From sequence record SRR20825010_2136: a stretch of 64,000 nt of DNA; one strand, given 5' to 3'. The notes below the pieces were generated by a model. The model ran no database searches. It was not told where the DNA came from and saw only the letters and a program-made list of their open reading frames with translations. Made by a program: the position numbers and the translations under genes. Position 1 is the first letter of the stretch. Each line of letters starts with the position of its first letter. Positions 21,697-28,601 of this stretch are shown piece by piece.

Positions 21697-21718
21697 ATCG
21701 AGTAGACGGTTCCGCCCC
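21697..21718 (-). mobile_element. 3'-terminal remnant (domain VI 3' strand) of a class C group II intron
   Basis: Minus strand GGGGCGGAACCGTCTACTCGAT, with the class C-like CTACTCGAT end and a branch-position A 7 nt from the end. No domain V or RT gene upstream. Confidence 0.6.
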
Positions 21719-21833
21719 TAATAAGCACGTAACTTAGTTTCTTGTGTTTCTAAAAAAACCTTTATAAAGTGACTGTTCTGAGCTGTAGTTAATAAAAGCA
21801 GTCCTCTTCAACAATTCTGTTCTCCACTCCCTT

Positions 21834-21888
21834 GTCGCAGGTTCTCCGAACCTGAGACCATCTATTCATCAAGGACGCTGTCCGCTTT
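21834..21888 (+). repeat. REP-like family GTCGCAGGTTC..GAACCTGCGAC, copy A
   Basis: GTCGCAGGTTC-TCC-GAACCTGAGAC, plus a CTGTCCGCTTT tail shared with copy C. Confidence 0.7.
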
Positions 21889-21960
21889 CTTTTCATTGAC
21901 AAAACCTCCTGAGTATCAGCGTAAGCAAGGCGGCTGATGATTTGTTTGTCCAAAAAAAAG

Positions 21961-22196
21961 GTATTACGCCCTTACAGGGCTAAAATTATTTTTACTGAAT
22001 TAGGAATGGGTTGCACCCATTCCTATGTTATTTCGCCCCGTTGGGGCTTTGAGTGCGCAATCAGCCCATCAATATTTCTTACAACGCGTATTTCACTCCC
22101 CCTGCCCTGAAAGGGCCTAATATCAAAACGAAGGGTGAAACCCTTCGGTAAAACTATACCACAAACACTATTTGAGTCCTGAAGGGACGGGATAAC
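21961..22196. repeat. Two back-to-back three-hairpin units of the GCCCTGAAAGGGC repeat family
   Basis: Unit 1 (21961-22048): GCCCTTACAGGGC, TAGGAATGGGTTGCACCCATTCCTA, GCCCCGTTGGGGC. Unit 2 (22104-22196): GCCCTGAAAGGGC, CGAAGGGTGAAACCCTTCG, GTCCTGAAGGGAC. Confidence 0.75.
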
Positions 22197-22230
22197 GGTC
22201 ACTTGCGGTTAGTCAGGTATCAATTCCTCT

Positions 22231-22255
22231 GTCGCGGGTTCTCCGAAACTGTGAC
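22231..22255 (+). repeat. REP-like family GTCGCAGGTTC, copy B
   Basis: GTCGCGGGTTC-TCC-GAAACTGTGAC. Confidence 0.65.
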
Positions 22256-22405
22256 CACCTACTCATTCGAGTTTCTGTTTTTCATCAATAATAGTATGAA
22301 AAGAATGAGAGAGTCTGCTAATTTATAGCGTGTTCTATCGTTAAGACAATCATTTCTTAACTGATCAGGCACTATTTTACTTTTGTTTAAATTTCATGCA
22401 GACCA

Positions 22406-22975
22406 ATGCACCAAGCTTTAAGAACTAAACTGGAGAAAACCTTAAAAATATCAGATGAGGATTGGAAAACTTTTGAGTCCATTCTACAAACCCTAGAATT
22501 CAAAAAAAAGGAATACATTTTAAAAGCAGGTCAAATTTGTAATGGCATATATTTTCTGAGAGAAGGCACTGTACGAGCTTTCTATTTAAAAGATGGGCAA
22601 GAGATCAACACATCTTTCAATTTTGAAAATGATTTTTTGCGAGAAATAGAAAGCTTAGCCAATAATCAACCTTCAGAGAAATATATTCAGGCAATTGGAA
22701 ACAGTAAGTTGTTTTATATAGAAAAAAACAAGCTTATTGATCTTTATCAGAACTCCATTTTCTTTCAAGAATTAGGTAGAAAGATTTTGGAACAATTAGC
22801 GATTACCGAACAGAAATACGCTACGCTTTTAGCTGCCAATTCGCCAAAAGAAAGATACCTCCATATTCTAGAGCACAAGCCTGAACTGATTCATCGCGTT
22901 TCATTACAACACCTTGCCTCCTATTTGGGAATCAGCAGAGAGTCTTTGAGCAGAATCCGGAAGCGGGTTTCATAA
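22406..22975 (+). CDS. Crp/Fnr family transcriptional regulator (Bacteroidota type)
   Basis: cNMP-binding-like domain (ILKAGQIC..IYFLREG) and C-terminal HTH (LASYLGISRESLSRIR). Confidence 0.92.
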   Translation: MHQALRTKLEKTLKISDEDWKTFESILQTLEFKKKEYILKAGQICNGIYFLREGTVRAFYLKDGQEINTSFNFENDFLREIESLANNQPSEKYIQAIGNSKLFYIEKNKLIDLYQNSIFFQELGRKILEQLAITEQKYATLLAANSPKERYLHILEHKPELIHRVSLQHLASYLGISRESLSRIRKRVS

Positions 22976-22982
22976 AGCATTT

Positions 22983-22998
22983 TGTGACTTAAGTCAAA
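22983..22998. promoter_or_regulatory. Crp/Fnr-type operator upstream of the NTF2-like gene
   Basis: TGTGA-CTTAAG-TCAAA with a perfect core palindrome TGACTTAAGTCA, just after the regulator's stop codon. Confidence 0.6.
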
Positions 22999-23044
22999 GG
23001 AGCAAAAAAACCTGTGCTATTAATTTGTTTCAAAAAACAATCAT

Positions 23045-23491
23045 ATGAAACAAATCTTAATACTTGCATGCCTAGGTACAATTATAAGCCTTCCGACTTG
23101 CATAGCTCAAAACAAAACGCTTATGGAAAATGAAATCAAAAAAGTAGTGTTGAATTTAGAAAGTGCCACTGCTAAAAGGAATATTATAGAAATAGAAAAA
23201 TACCTTCACAAAGACTATCGAGTTGTCGCCAACAGGTTTAAAGGATCAAGCACAACAACCATTATTACAAGAGAAATGTATCTAGGAATGATGCAAGCCG
23301 GTAAAATTGGCGGCACCTCATACACCACTGAATTTAAAAGTATCAGTATCACCGATCATACCGCTTTGGTAGATCTTGTTTTCACATCAGACATTAGCTC
23401 CGATATGCACAAATACCTGATATTGATTTTAGATGAAAACGACCAATGGAAAGTTGTCAGTGACATTCCTGTCGTGATCGAAAAAAACTAA
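23045..23491 (+). CDS. Secreted NTF2-like (DUF4440/SnoaL-like) protein
   Basis: Signal peptide; IEKYLHKDY..., ITREMYL and QWKVVS pattern of the NTF2 fold. Confidence 0.7.
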   Translation: MKQILILACLGTIISLPTCIAQNKTLMENEIKKVVLNLESATAKRNIIEIEKYLHKDYRVVANRFKGSSTTTIITREMYLGMMQAGKIGGTSYTTEFKSISITDHTALVDLVFTSDISSDMHKYLILILDENDQWKVVSDIPVVIEKN

Positions 23492-23520
23492 TGTAGTGGG
23501 GATATAAGAGCCTTATCTCT

Positions 23521-23598
23521 GTCGCAGGTTCTTCGATTTATTAGCAATAGGTAGAATCTGCGACCACTTATGAATGACAGGGCTCTGTCCGCTTTACC
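23521..23598 (+). repeat. REP-like family GTCGCAGGTTC, copy C (19-nt loop insertion)
   Basis: GTCGCAGGTTCTTCGA-[TTTATTAGCAATAGGTAGA]-ATCTGCGACC...CTGTCCGCTTT. Confidence 0.65.
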
Positions 23599-23607
23599 AG
23601 CTGGCTT

Positions 23608-23718
23608 AAATAGTTAAAACCATTCCCAAAAGGCATTCATACATATAGCCCAGGGTTTAAACCGTGGGCTATATAAGCTATATAATTTATAATCTACATT
23701 AACCGTTTCAACGGTTTT
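23608..23718 (+). repeat. Three-hairpin repeat (AATGGTTAAAACCATT / AGCCCACGGTTTAAACCGTGGGCT / AACCGTTTCAACGGTT), copy 1
   Basis: Same three palindromes in the same order as at 24878-24979. Confidence 0.8.
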
Positions 23719-24535
23719 CGAGTTCATTTTTCATAAACCGATTGAATTCCTCCAGCTTATCTGTATTAATAAAGTCTATTCCCAAATCCATCAAGGTTTT
23801 CCAAGCATTAGGCATATCGGGAATGGCCCAGAGACGAACTTTCTTGTCTTCCGCATGAGCCTTACTGATCAGATCAGTGATTCTGTTTTTGTCATCGTTT
23901 GGCATTTCACCTTTGCCATTCCACTTTGAAAACTGATTGAAATTCTGACTAATCACTGGCATTTTCTCAGCAGATATTCCCTTTCCCACATCAGAAGGCC
24001 GTCCATCTAATGTCGCCAAATTGATATCTTCTGAAAGCATTGTTGCGATGGGCCTATTGCCAGAAATAAAAACAAGCACGGGTTTATCTACCTGCCTTTT
24101 TCCCTTTTCAACCACAGACAAAATGGATTCATATTTTTGAAGCAGTTGTTTTATTGCCTTATAAGTGCTCTCTCCTTCTGTTTTAAAGTCAATCATTAAG
24201 AAAAAGAATTCATCATAATTTGGGTATACGCTACCTCCATTACTTTGTACTCTTTCCAATAAAGGCTTTAAATACAGCTTTTCTAAAGTTCGGTCTTCAC
24301 TTGGTTGCTCAGGTTGATTGTGATAAACAAACAATTCGTTACCAATCAAATAAACATCTGCTTCTACAGAAACAAACCCATTGCTTAAGGCATCAAACAA
24401 AGGTTTTTCATGCTCATAATCATTATGGGCATGTGCGTTTATGAGCGGCTTTGACTGGCCATGTCCGCTGATTAAGCCAAGACTGGTTAAAAGTAAAACT
24501 GTAAGAACCGTGGTACGCATTGTAGAAATAAACAT
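23708..24535 (-). CDS. Secreted PI-PLC/GDPD-like phosphodiesterase (AIM6-like)
   Basis: NAHAHNDYEH, SVEADV, LMIDFK, VRLWA and GIDFINTD motifs; signal peptide. Confidence 0.8.
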   Translation of the reverse strand: MFISTMRTTVLTVLLLTSLGLISGHGQSKPLINAHAHNDYEHEKPLFDALSNGFVSVEADVYLIGNELFVYHNQPEQPSEDRTLEKLYLKPLLERVQSNGGSVYPNYDEFFFLMIDFKTEGESTYKAIKQLLQKYESILSVVEKGKRQVDKPVLVFISGNRPIATMLSEDINLATLDGRPSDVGKGISAEKMPVISQNFNQFSKWNGKGEMPNDDKNRITDLISKAHAEDKKVRLWAIPDMPNAWKTLMDLGIDFINTDKLEEFNRFMKNELENR

Positions 24536-24648
24536 TTGAGGATTAATGGAACAAGTTTAGCAAAACTAAAAGACTTATCTGTGGGATATTGATCGCTAAA
24601 CTGTTAGTGAATTCTAAACATAGACCTCATAATAACAAAACAACAACT

Positions 24649-24694
24649 CTCGCAGGCTCTCCGAGTTATCTGCCATAGGCAGGACATGTGAGAC
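24649..24694 (+). repeat. REP-like family GTCGCAGGTTC, copy D (19-nt loop insertion)
   Basis: CTCGCAGGCTCTCCGA-[GTTATCTGCCATAGGCAGG]-ACATGTGAGAC. Confidence 0.55.
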
Positions 24695-24747
24695 TTATGA
24701 AAGAAGGATTCTGACTGTTCTAGGCGGTGGTTAATAAAAATAACTCC

Positions 24748-24780
24748 ATTGGTCAGACCACTCGGAGTGGTCTGACCAAT
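24748..24780. repeat. 33-bp perfect palindrome (TTGGTC..GACCAA family)
   Basis: ATTGGTCAGACCACTC-G-GAGTGGTCTGACCAAT; related shorter hairpins at 24811-24832 and 25599-25615. Confidence 0.75.
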
Positions 24781-24877
24781 TTTAAACAGTAGCAGGCTCT
24801 TCGCTCCCACTGGTCGTTGCTCGCTGCGACCATACCTAGAAACTTTGCTTTAACAAAATGAAGACTTCAACCTACCA

Positions 24878-24979
24878 AAATGGTTAAAACCATTACTCAA
24901 ATACACCCATATTCATAGCCCACGGTTTAAACCTTGGGCTATGAAATCCACAATCAACGTCAATCGTTTCAACGGTTTT
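24878..24979 (+). repeat. Three-hairpin repeat, copy 2
   Basis: AAATGGTTAAAACCATT ... ATAGCCCACGGTTTAAACCTTGGGCTAT ... AATCGTTTCAACGGTTTT. Confidence 0.8.
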
Positions 24980-25086
24980 TCCATATTCACTGAAATGGAT
25001 CAAATCCGTTAACCCTACAAAACAAAAAATGTATCTTGCTCCATTGGATAGAAACAGAACATTGTGCTTAATAATAAGATACTCGA

Positions 25087-25551
25087 ATGATACTTAAAGA
25101 ACTAAAACAAAGACAGGATATTAAGGGAGACATCAAACTTGAAGGAGCCTATATTCAGTTGGATAAACTCCTGAAAGAATTGAGCGGTAGAAAGCTGACA
25201 AATGAAGTAGTAAGTGCTATCAATAAAGATATTGAGGAAATAAACTCAACCTCAGCCTCAGGGAAAATTTTGAGGAATGTGATTAAAAAGAAACAATCAA
25301 AAATTATCCAGTTAGTAGCCAAAGAGGTCAAGCTTGTGACTAAGAATCACAACCGGAATACTTGGATGGCCATTGGAATGTCAGTCTTTGGTATTCCTCT
25401 TGGCGCTGCCTTTGGTACGAGCCTTGGAAATATGGCTTTTATAGGAATCGGATTACCAATTGGCATGGCCATAGGAATTGCGATGGGTACAAGTCTTGAT
25501 AAAAAAGCTTTTGAAGAAGGAAGACAGCTTGACATTGAATTAAAGCACTAA
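25087..25551 (+). CDS. Hypothetical membrane protein with C-terminal glycine-zipper helices
   Basis: GMSVFGIPLGAAFG...GIGLPIGMAIGIAMG followed by DKKAFEEGRQL. Confidence 0.8.
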   Translation: MILKELKQRQDIKGDIKLEGAYIQLDKLLKELSGRKLTNEVVSAINKDIEEINSTSASGKILRNVIKKKQSKIIQLVAKEVKLVTKNHNRNTWMAIGMSVFGIPLGAAFGTSLGNMAFIGIGLPIGMAIGIAMGTSLDKKAFEEGRQLDIELKH

Positions 25552-25701
25552 ACTTTGTGGGCTTATTTGCTCCATAAATGTCCTCAATAATATTCCTATT
25601 GGTCGCAGCGACCAACTAATCCTCAAATTCACCTCTGCGCTTCTCAGCGTTCTTTGCGGTTAAACTAAACCCGTTACTTCCCTCATTAAGAATTATCCGA
25701 A

Positions 25702-25746
25702 TGTGATTTTTGTCACGTTCTAGCCAACAAACTCATCGTAAATTTG
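25702..25746 (+). promoter_or_regulatory. Crp/Fnr-type box plus -7 promoter for the thioredoxin-OsmC-permease operon
   Basis: TGTGA-TTTTTG-TCACG at 25702-25717 and TAAATTTG at 25739-25746. Confidence 0.6.
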
Positions 25747-25767
25747 TGATAATTAAACGTACGTAAA

Positions 25768-26004
25768 ATGAGCAAAGTAATTAAAATATTAGGAACAGCT
25801 TGTCCAAAATGCCAATCAATGACAGCCGTGATCAAAGATGTGATTTCAGAAAACAACATTGATGCTACCATTGAAAAAGTGGAAGACATAATGGAAATCA
25901 TGAAGTTCAACGTGATGACAACACCTGCTTTGGTCATTGACGATGTCATCACAGTGAAAGGCAGAGTACCTACCAAAAAGGAAGTACTGGAACTGTTAAA
26001 TTAA
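25768..26004 (+). CDS. Small redox-active disulfide protein (MTH895-type thioredoxin family)
   Basis: IKILGTACPKC, IEKVED and VMTTPALVID motifs. Confidence 0.9.
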   Translation: MSKVIKILGTACPKCQSMTAVIKDVISENNIDATIEKVEDIMEIMKFNVMTTPALVIDDVITVKGRVPTKKEVLELLN

Positions 26005-26010
26005 AGGGTC

Positions 26011-26418
26011 ATGGACTATCATATCAAAGCTTCTTCTATATCGAACAACGATGCAGAGATTCACATTAAAGAATCGAATATAGATTTTGGTACTACTGCA
26101 AAAACAGCTGAAACGCTACCCAATCCTGCTGAATTGTTCCTAGGGTCATTTTCAGCCTGTATGCTTAAAAATGTAGAGCGTTTTTCGGCCATGATGAACT
26201 TTACTTATACAAAAGCCACAGTAGAAGTAAACGCAACTCGCCTTGAGAAGCCGCCTAGAATGGACAACATTGATTATAAATTAACCATTTATAGCAACGA
26301 TGATAAACTGAACACAGACTTGTTAAAAAGGAACATTGAAAAATTTGGCACTATCTATAATACGGTGAAACAATTCTGCACTATTTCTGGCACCATAAAT
26401 ACGGTTAAAGATGTTTGA
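26011..26418 (+). CDS. OsmC/Ohr family protein
   Basis: PNPAELFLGSFSAC motif. Confidence 0.85.
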   Translation: MDYHIKASSISNNDAEIHIKESNIDFGTTAKTAETLPNPAELFLGSFSACMLKNVERFSAMMNFTYTKATVEVNATRLEKPPRMDNIDYKLTIYSNDDKLNTDLLKRNIEKFGTIYNTVKQFCTISGTINTVKDV

Positions 26419-27385
26419 TTGGTTGCAGGGTTTTGCAAACTGGCTGATCTATTCAGTGTTTGAGGTTGGAGCAGAAACCCATTTGGGAACTACTCTGAAT
26501 TTCTTTGTGTATGACACGCTCAAAATCCTAATTCTACTTTTTTTCATTGTCTTCTTAATGGGAATTGTAAATGCATACTTCCCTATTGAACGACTCAAGG
26601 ACTACTTAAACAGAAGAAAGCTCTACGGCTTAGAATACTTTTTCTCTTCTGTTTTTGGTGCAATTACTCCTTTTTGCTCTTGCTCTTCCGTTCCGTTATT
26701 TATTGGCTTTGTACAAGGTGGGATTCCGTTAGGCGTAACCTTCTCTTTTTTGATTACTTCACCCCTAGTAAATGAAGTAGCTGTGGCCATGTTTCTAGGT
26801 ATGTTTGGTGTAAAAGCTACCTTGATTTATGCTATTTCAGGTATCATACTAGGCACTGTTGGTGGTTGGTTGCTGGGTAAATTCAATCTAGAACCTTTGC
26901 TTTCGGATTGGGTAAAAAAGATTCTCGATAACAAAATGCAGCAAGCTGAATTTGAAGAAGAGAAACGAACTTTCTACCAACGCTTGCCTGAAATTTCGCG
27001 TGGCGCTTGGGATATTGTAAAAGGTGTACTGCTTTATGTAATTATAGGAATTGCCATCGGGGCTGCCATGCACGGTTATGTTCCAGCAAATTTTTTCAAT
27101 CAGTATTTAGGCGGTGGAGAATGGTGGACTGTTCCCTTGGCCGTAATGCTTGCCGTGCCCATGTATGCCAATGCAGCAGGAATTGTTCCTGTTATTCAGG
27201 TATTTGTGGTCAAAGGAGTACCGCTTGGAACAGCCATTGCCTTTATGATGGCCACTGTTGGTTTGTCCATCCCAGAAGCTACTCTGCTTAAAAAGGTTAT
27301 GTCTTTAAAACTGATTACGATCTTCTTTGGAATCGTTACGCTCTGCATCATCATTTCAGGGTATTTATTCAATGTCATACTGTAA
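26411..27385 (+). CDS. DUF318/ArsP-family permease
   Basis: ITPFCSCSSVPLF, GIPLGVTFSFLITSPLVNE, AVPMY, KGVPLGTAIAFMM and LSIPE motifs. Confidence 0.9.
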   Translation: MFDWLQGFANWLIYSVFEVGAETHLGTTLNFFVYDTLKILILLFFIVFLMGIVNAYFPIERLKDYLNRRKLYGLEYFFSSVFGAITPFCSCSSVPLFIGFVQGGIPLGVTFSFLITSPLVNEVAVAMFLGMFGVKATLIYAISGIILGTVGGWLLGKFNLEPLLSDWVKKILDNKMQQAEFEEEKRTFYQRLPEISRGAWDIVKGVLLYVIIGIAIGAAMHGYVPANFFNQYLGGGEWWTVPLAVMLAVPMYANAAGIVPVIQVFVVKGVPLGTAIAFMMATVGLSIPEATLLKKVMSLKLITIFFGIVTLCIIISGYLFNVIL

Positions 27386-27419
27386 AGCCTAAATACCAAC
27401 ATACCGTATAAAGTCAAAG

Positions 27420-28109
27420 CTAAATTTCAAAATGCATGCCTTCTTTCAGTAGCTTGTTGTAGGTGGTTTTATTGAATTGAAATAAGTTTCCGGGCCTGCC
27501 CGCTCCAGTTGATTTTGTCTTTTCTTCTAGCTCATCTAGAATCCCTAGACTCATCACCTTCTTTTTGAAATTTCTCCTGTCAATTGGTCGGTCCAATACA
27601 GTAGAATAAAGGTGTTCCAAATCGGAGAATGCGAACTTCTTGTCCAACAATTGGAAGCCGATGGGCTGGTATACAATTTTGCCTCTAAGTCTTTCAATAG
27701 CTATTTTGAGTATTTCCTGATGATCGAAAGCTAGTTTAGGCAGCTTTTTAAAGTTGAACCATGCGGCATCCGCTGCGTCTGTAGATGCCTTCAGTTTTTC
27801 GAATTGCTTTGATTTCACTAAACCAAAATAAGCTACAGATAAGATGCGTTTTCGAGGATCTCGGTCTGGCTTCCCGAAGGTGTATAACTGTTCGAGGTAA
27901 TTGATTTCAACCCCCGTTTCTTCCTGGAGCTCTCGGGCCACAGCGGCTTCTAATGATTCATCATCCAACACGAAGCCACCAGGTATTGCCCATGATCCCT
28001 TGAAAGGATCATACTTTCTTTTAATCAACAAAATAGACACCCCCTCCTCTTTGCTGTAACCAAATACAATTGCGTCCACCGCCACTTCAATATTTTGTGT
28101 TCTATTCAC
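27420..28109 (-). CDS. nrtR: NrtR family regulator (Nudix domain + winged HTH)
   Basis: WAIPGGFV..ESLEAAVARELQEETG Nudix box, EQLYTFG.PDRDPR, LAFDH, DRRNFKKK and GRPG. GTG start at 28109 preferred. Confidence 0.9.
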   Translation of the reverse strand: MNRTQNIEVAVDAIVFGYSKEEGVSILLIKRKYDPFKGSWAIPGGFVLDDESLEAAVARELQEETGVEINYLEQLYTFGKPDRDPRKRILSVAYFGLVKSKQFEKLKASTDAADAAWFNFKKLPKLAFDHQEILKIAIERLRGKIVYQPIGFQLLDKKFAFSDLEHLYSTVLDRPIDRRNFKKKVMSLGILDELEEKTKSTGAGRPGNLFQFNKTTYNKLLKEGMHFEI

Positions 28110-28112
28110 GCA
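28096..28112 (-). promoter_or_regulatory. Putative NrtR operator 1, overlapping the nrtR start codon
   Basis: Minus strand TGCGT-GAATAGA-ACACA, the same TGCGT-N7-ACACA form as the two intergenic sites. Confidence 0.6.
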
Positions 28113-28211
28113 ATAAAGGTAGCACAATATATATCAATACAACAAATCGACTTGCAACATGATGTCACAAAAAGACAGCCTATTGCTGTTAATCAATGAT
28201 TAAGAATTATT

Positions 28212-28228
28212 TGCGTAAAATAAACACA
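28212..28228 (+). promoter_or_regulatory. Putative NrtR operator 2
   Basis: TGCGT-AAAATAA-ACACA. Confidence 0.65.
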
Positions 28229-28258
28229 TATTATTTGTCTAACCATAAATATTTTACT

Positions 28259-28281
28259 TAATTTTGCGTACATTAAACACA
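28259..28281 (+). promoter_or_regulatory. Putative NrtR operator 3, overlapping a -7 promoter element
   Basis: TAATTTTG (28259-28266) overlaps TGCGT-ACATTAA-ACACA (28265-28281). Confidence 0.65.
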
Positions 28282-28319
28282 ATTAGTTTGTAATCAAGCG
28301 CATCAAATTCAATTCGCTC

Positions 28320-28601
28320 ATGCTCGAAGCTTCTCAAGTAACACCACCTATTTTCATGAGTTCGGATGGTCTAACAACGGCATTAATGCCTTTGATTTTT
28401 AGAACAGACATTAAAACCAAGAAGAAGCGCAAGGCCGTAGCGTTAATGCTGGATAATGATGCCTCTATAGTAAGTTGGTCTGTTGACCTTCAGGATATAG
28501 ATAATGTATTGAGAATAGAGCCGACTTGGGGGCTATCTGAACCTGATGTGATTGCCAAAGTCAGAGCTATTGGTTTTTACTGTGAACCTTTAGACACATG
28601 A
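28320..28601 (+). CDS. Small hypothetical protein, possibly HMA/ferredoxin-like fold (start may be ATG 28386)
   Basis: LIFRTDI...WSVDLQDIDNVLRIE...GFYCEPL; its stop overlaps the next ATG (ATGA). Confidence 0.7.
   Translation: MLEASQVTPPIFMSSDGLTTALMPLIFRTDIKTKKKRKAVALMLDNDASIVSWSVDLQDIDNVLRIEPTWGLSEPDVIAKVRAIGFYCEPLDT

Noticed and set aside
21719-21830. Remainder of a full group II intron or an RT gene next to the 3' remnant
   Set aside because: No domain V-like sequence, recognisable intron 5' end or RT ORF is visible, so only a scar is reported.
24604-24810. 68-aa minus-strand ORF in the repeat-rich spacer
   Set aside because: It is made largely of palindromic repeat sequence, has no protein-like motif and is probably spurious.
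21830-25670. Repeats as a possible CRISPR array
   Set aside because: Copies are degenerate, irregularly spaced hundreds of bases apart and belong to several families; there is no constant repeat-spacer period and no cas gene.
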